Below, one piece after another: positions 61,052 to 64,000 of a stretch of 64,000 nt of DNA (positions are counted from its first letter, which is position 1; every line of letters starts with the position of its first letter). Source of the stretch: an uncultured Planctomycetia bacterium (lineage in GTDB: Bacteria > Omnitrophota > Gorgyraeia > Tantalellales > Tantalellaceae); NCBI GenBank assembly GCA_964572255.1, contig CAZNEE010000001.1:331587-395586 (forward strand), read 5' to 3'. Under the pieces are notes generated by a model. It was given only the letters and a program-made list of their open reading frames with translations. It ran no database searches and was not told the DNA's origin. The position numbers were made by a program, and so were the translations under genes.

Positions 61052-62020
61052 ATGAAAAAGAAATTCATAAATGAACTTAAAGTAAATGAGCAGGTCGATT
61101 CGGTTTTCGTTCTGAACAAGAAAGATCTTAAACTGACAAAATATGACAAGCCTTACCTGCAAATAACTCTTTCAGATAAAACAGGCAGGATCGAAGCCCG
61201 GGTCTGGGATAACGCCGAGAAGTTCAATGAATCGGCCGAGACGGGGGATTCTGTGCATGTTAAAGGGACGGTCGAAAAATTCCGCGATGAAAAACAGCTT
61301 AAACTGGATCTTTTGGAAAAAGCGGATGAACGGTCTTTCCGCTTTGAGGATATGGTGCGTGTAGTTGAAAATAGGGACCAGATCTACGGTAAAGTTACGG
61401 GATATTTAAAAGAAATAAAGAACAGCTGGATAAAAACGCTGGCCGGAAAGATCACATCGGATGATGAGCTCATGTCCATGTTCAAGGACGCCCCCGGCGG
61501 CAAAAGCTGGCATAACGCTTATGTCGGCGGTCTTTTGGAACATACGTATGAAGTAATGTATATTGTGCACCAGATGTGTGGCCTTTATCCTGAAGCCGAT
61601 AAAGATATAGTTATATTCGGTGCGTTCGTTCATGATATCGGCAAAGTTTATGAACTTGATGTCAAGAAGATGGAATATACAATAGAAGGCGGTTTGGTGG
61701 GGCACATTGCGATCGGACATAAACTCCTGATGCAGAAAATAGCAAGCATTCCGGATTTTCCGCATGATCTTTCTCTCAGGCTGGAACACATTATCCTCAG
61801 CCATCACGGCGAATATGAACAGCAATCACCGGTGCTTCCGAAGACGCTCGAGGCGACGATAATCTATCAGACGGATGAACTGGTCTCCCAGGCGAACGCT
61901 GTTAAAGAGATACAGCTTCAGCAGGCGGAAGAGGGAAAGGATTGGAGCAATTTTATCATCATAAAAGGAAGAAAATATTTCATAAAAGATGCTGGCAGTG
62001 AGGATTGGAGAGGGAAGTAA
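61052..62020 (+). CDS. yhaM: 3'-5' exoribonuclease YhaM family (OB + HD)
   Basis: LSDKTG.I.AR.W OB fold; HNAY.GGLLEH, HDIGK, GHI, SHHG. Confidence 0.85.
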   Translation: MKKKFINELKVNEQVDSVFVLNKKDLKLTKYDKPYLQITLSDKTGRIEARVWDNAEKFNESAETGDSVHVKGTVEKFRDEKQLKLDLLEKADERSFRFEDMVRVVENRDQIYGKVTGYLKEIKNSWIKTLAGKITSDDELMSMFKDAPGGKSWHNAYVGGLLEHTYEVMYIVHQMCGLYPEADKDIVIFGAFVHDIGKVYELDVKKMEYTIEGGLVGHIAIGHKLLMQKIASIPDFPHDLSLRLEHIILSHHGEYEQQSPVLPKTLEATIIYQTDELVSQANAVKEIQLQQAEEGKDWSNFIIIKGRKYFIKDAGSEDWRGK

Positions 62021-62055
62021 AAAGTTTATACAAAAAAATTTGAAAATCTCCACAG

Positions 62056-62138
62056 ACAAGGCGAGTAGTAGGTGCCTTGAGTGGGAGGATCCACACCGGG
62101 CGGAGGGGCCCACAAAAGGTACCTACTACTCGCATTGT
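62056..62138 (+). repeat. Conserved-core hairpin element, copy C
   Basis: Identical 29-nt core at 62083-62111 on an unrelated 18-bp stem GCGAGTAGTAGGTGCCTT/AAGGTACCTACTACTCGC. Confidence 0.9.
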
Positions 62139-62140
62139 AT

Positions 62141-62515
62141 ATGGAAATGAATCTAAGGGATTTTGAAAAACTTGTAGAGAAGGCGCTTGAGGATCTGCCT
62201 CAAGGGTTCAAGGACAGTCTTGAGAACGTTGATGTTGTGATAGAAGATGAACCGACGTCTGAAGAGGCGAGAAGTGTGGATACCGCTCACAGGCGTATGG
62301 TTTTGGGTCTTTATCAAGGTGTTCCTCTTTTTAGAAGAAGTCACTACTACGGCATGGTCATGCCGGATAAAATATCTATTTTCAAGAAAAATATCGAAAG
62401 AGTATGCAGAACAGATGAAGAAATAATCCGTCTTGTTACCCACACAGTCCAACACGAACTTGCCCACCATTTCGGGATATCTGATGAACGGCTTAGAGAA
62501 GAGGGGATTTACTAG
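62141..62515 (+). CDS. Zincin-like minimal metallopeptidase (Zincin_1/DUF1025)
   Basis: LGLYQG, PDKISIF, HELAHHFG; start 62141 or 62147. Confidence 0.88.
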   Translation: MEMNLRDFEKLVEKALEDLPQGFKDSLENVDVVIEDEPTSEEARSVDTAHRRMVLGLYQGVPLFRRSHYYGMVMPDKISIFKKNIERVCRTDEEIIRLVTHTVQHELAHHFGISDERLREEGIY

Positions 62516-62543
62516 CTCGAACTTGGACACTTCTGAGTATGTA

Positions 62544-62568
62544 GGGTGTCCCCAAATGGGACGTCCCT
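62544..62568 (-). repeat. REP-like repeat copy 4 (revcomp AGGGACGTCCCATTTGGGGACACCC)
   Basis: 22/25 identical to copy 3; between convergent genes, 2 nt after the minus-strand stop. Confidence 0.85.
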
Positions 62569-62570
62569 GG

Positions 62571-63422
62571 TTAGTCTTGGTGCGGGGTTAAGCGGATGTT
62601 ATCGATATAGATCGGGCCTTGGTAAACGGGCCTGTTGTTTGATTCTATGCGTATCGCGATTTTACGTACGTCTTCTTTAAACGCTTTATCGACCGTTATC
62701 CTTCGCCAATCAAAACTTCCCTCGGCCAGGCTTGCCTTAACCGTGGTCCATTCTCCCGGCACGAGCGGTATATTGCGGCTCATTTCTATCCATTTCCAAT
62801 CCTCGCCCACGGTGAAAATGATCTTCGCTCTTAAGCCTCTCGGACAGGCTTCAGGAACGTAAATATCCACATAGATATCATCGAAATTCGTAAGATCAAG
62901 ATATTGCGAGATCTCGATCAGCGCTGCCGTCCATCTTTCACCGGGGAAATTGGCATTGATCTGCAGGCAGCCTTTTCCTCTGCTGCCGAAACCCTTTGCC
63001 AGGACCATGGCTTCCGCGACATGGTCGGGTTTTTCCTGCGCCCATAGGGGTATTTCCCAACCCTGGTCGCTTGTTTCGAAATCATAGAATGTCTTTGTTT
63101 CTTTTTCGTCAGAAACCGGAAGAGGAGGTTTGTCCGGTATCACGCTTATCACTTTAGGAATAGGGGGCCGCTTTGAGGCGTGCCTTGTTTTATAAGTGGC
63201 GTCCGGAGCGGGAGCCTGTGTTTTCGGCAAGATCAGGAACGCGAAAGCGACCGTCAGGCCGAGCATGATAATAACCGCGGCTTTCAGGAGTATGCGGTTG
63301 TTCTTATCGGCGTCTTTCGGTTTATTTTTACTTTTTTTTGCGGGTTTGGTATCCGGACTCTTCTGGAAAAAAGTTTTTGACAGTTCCGCGTTTATTTTAT
63401 CGTCCTTTTTATTTTTGTTCAT
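62571..63422 (-). CDS. Membrane-anchored protein with a Pro-rich linker and a CBM-like (galactose-binding fold) domain
   Basis: Basic N-terminus, one TM, Pro-rich stalk, YDFE...GW, DLT.F, PGEW, IYIDNI; SD AAGGAG before ATG 63422. Confidence 0.75.
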   Translation of the reverse strand: MNKNKKDDKINAELSKTFFQKSPDTKPAKKSKNKPKDADKNNRILLKAAVIIMLGLTVAFAFLILPKTQAPAPDATYKTRHASKRPPIPKVISVIPDKPPLPVSDEKETKTFYDFETSDQGWEIPLWAQEKPDHVAEAMVLAKGFGSRGKGCLQINANFPGERWTAALIEISQYLDLTNFDDIYVDIYVPEACPRGLRAKIIFTVGEDWKWIEMSRNIPLVPGEWTTVKASLAEGSFDWRRITVDKAFKEDVRKIAIRIESNNRPVYQGPIYIDNIRLTPHQD

Positions 63423-63529
63423 GATCTTTGAGCTCCTTCTGCTGCTCATTATATTAAAGAAAGCTGGTTCTATCAAGAAATTTCGGAATTAGCAGGTAAG
63501 TTTTTCACGGAAAATACTATATATTATAT

Positions 63530-63557
63530 TTGACGTTTATAAATAGTATGATATACT
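63530..63557 (+). promoter_or_regulatory. Putative sigma70 promoter
   Basis: TTGACG-16 bp-TATACT with TG extended -10. Confidence 0.55.
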
Positions 63558-63614
63558 CTAACCGAGTTTAATATTATTAATAACTACCATAGCTAAACTA
63601 ATACAGGAGGTAAG

Positions 63615-64000
63615 ATGAGAATCATATCTGTTGCGAATCAAAAGGGCGGGTGCGGAAAGACGACGCTTGCTGTGAATATAGCGGCAGGGCTTTCACGTTT
63701 AGGGCACAACACGCTTCTGATCGACCTTGACCCCCAGGCACATGCCACGTATGCTTTGGGTTACAGCAAGAAATCCCAGGAAGCAAAAACTTCTTATGAT
63801 GTTTTCAGGGCACATTTTGATAAAGTGAGCGTTCCTTTTGATGAGATCGTGGTCAAGCAGAGAAAGAATCTTTCTTTTATCCCTGCGAATATGATGCTTT
63901 CAACGGCGGAGATAAATCTTGGGAGCGTAAATGGCGCCGCTACGATCATTTCCAGGACACTGGCCAATTCATATTTCGCGGGATACGAATATGTTGTTAT
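63615..64000 (+). CDS. ParA/Soj family ATPase, 5' part (truncated by window)
   Basis: SD AGGAGGT; MRIISVANQKGGCGKTT, LLIDLDPQAHAT. Confidence 0.92.
   Translation, partial: MRIISVANQKGGCGKTTLAVNIAAGLSRLGHNTLLIDLDPQAHATYALGYSKKSQEAKTSYDVFRAHFDKVSVPFDEIVVKQRKNLSFIPANMMLSTAEINLGSVNGAATIISRTLANSYFAGYEYVV

Overview
64 kb of bacterial chromosome, mostly + strand housekeeping genes from a diderm (lpxA, outer-membrane beta-barrel). Gene content and order suggest PVC-group, probably Ca. Omnitrophota (inference, not verified). Contents in order: dapA(3')-dapB-dapL-folK-panC-nadA-nadX; an AT-rich REP-associated tyrosine transposase (RAYT) flanked by inverted 25-bp REP-like repeats; Na/Pi cotransporter; guaB3-dnaE; HU-hisS-aspS-phoH-7TM/HD-ybeY-dgkA-DUF502-recO-glyQS-ppdK-sigma70; tRNA-Arg(CCT) followed by small accessory genes; an alginate-export-type porin with a long structured leader; envelope and housekeeping genes; a c-di-GMP-I riboswitch upstream of a GH113-like hydrolase; greA; metY-cysK-metX-metW; a UvrD helicase/RecB-nuclease fusion plus YhaM; and the start of a ParA gene. 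No CRISPR array, prophage or rRNA was seen. The most striking unexplained signals are non-coding: (i) three ~80-nt hairpins carrying an invariant 29-nt apical core (GGGAGGATCCACACCGGGCGGAGGGGCCC) on stems that covary or are wholly replaced, (ii) a four-copy REP-like family tied to the RAYT, and (iii) a ~150-nt nested palindrome. All calls are by eye from motifs; no database search or folding program was run.
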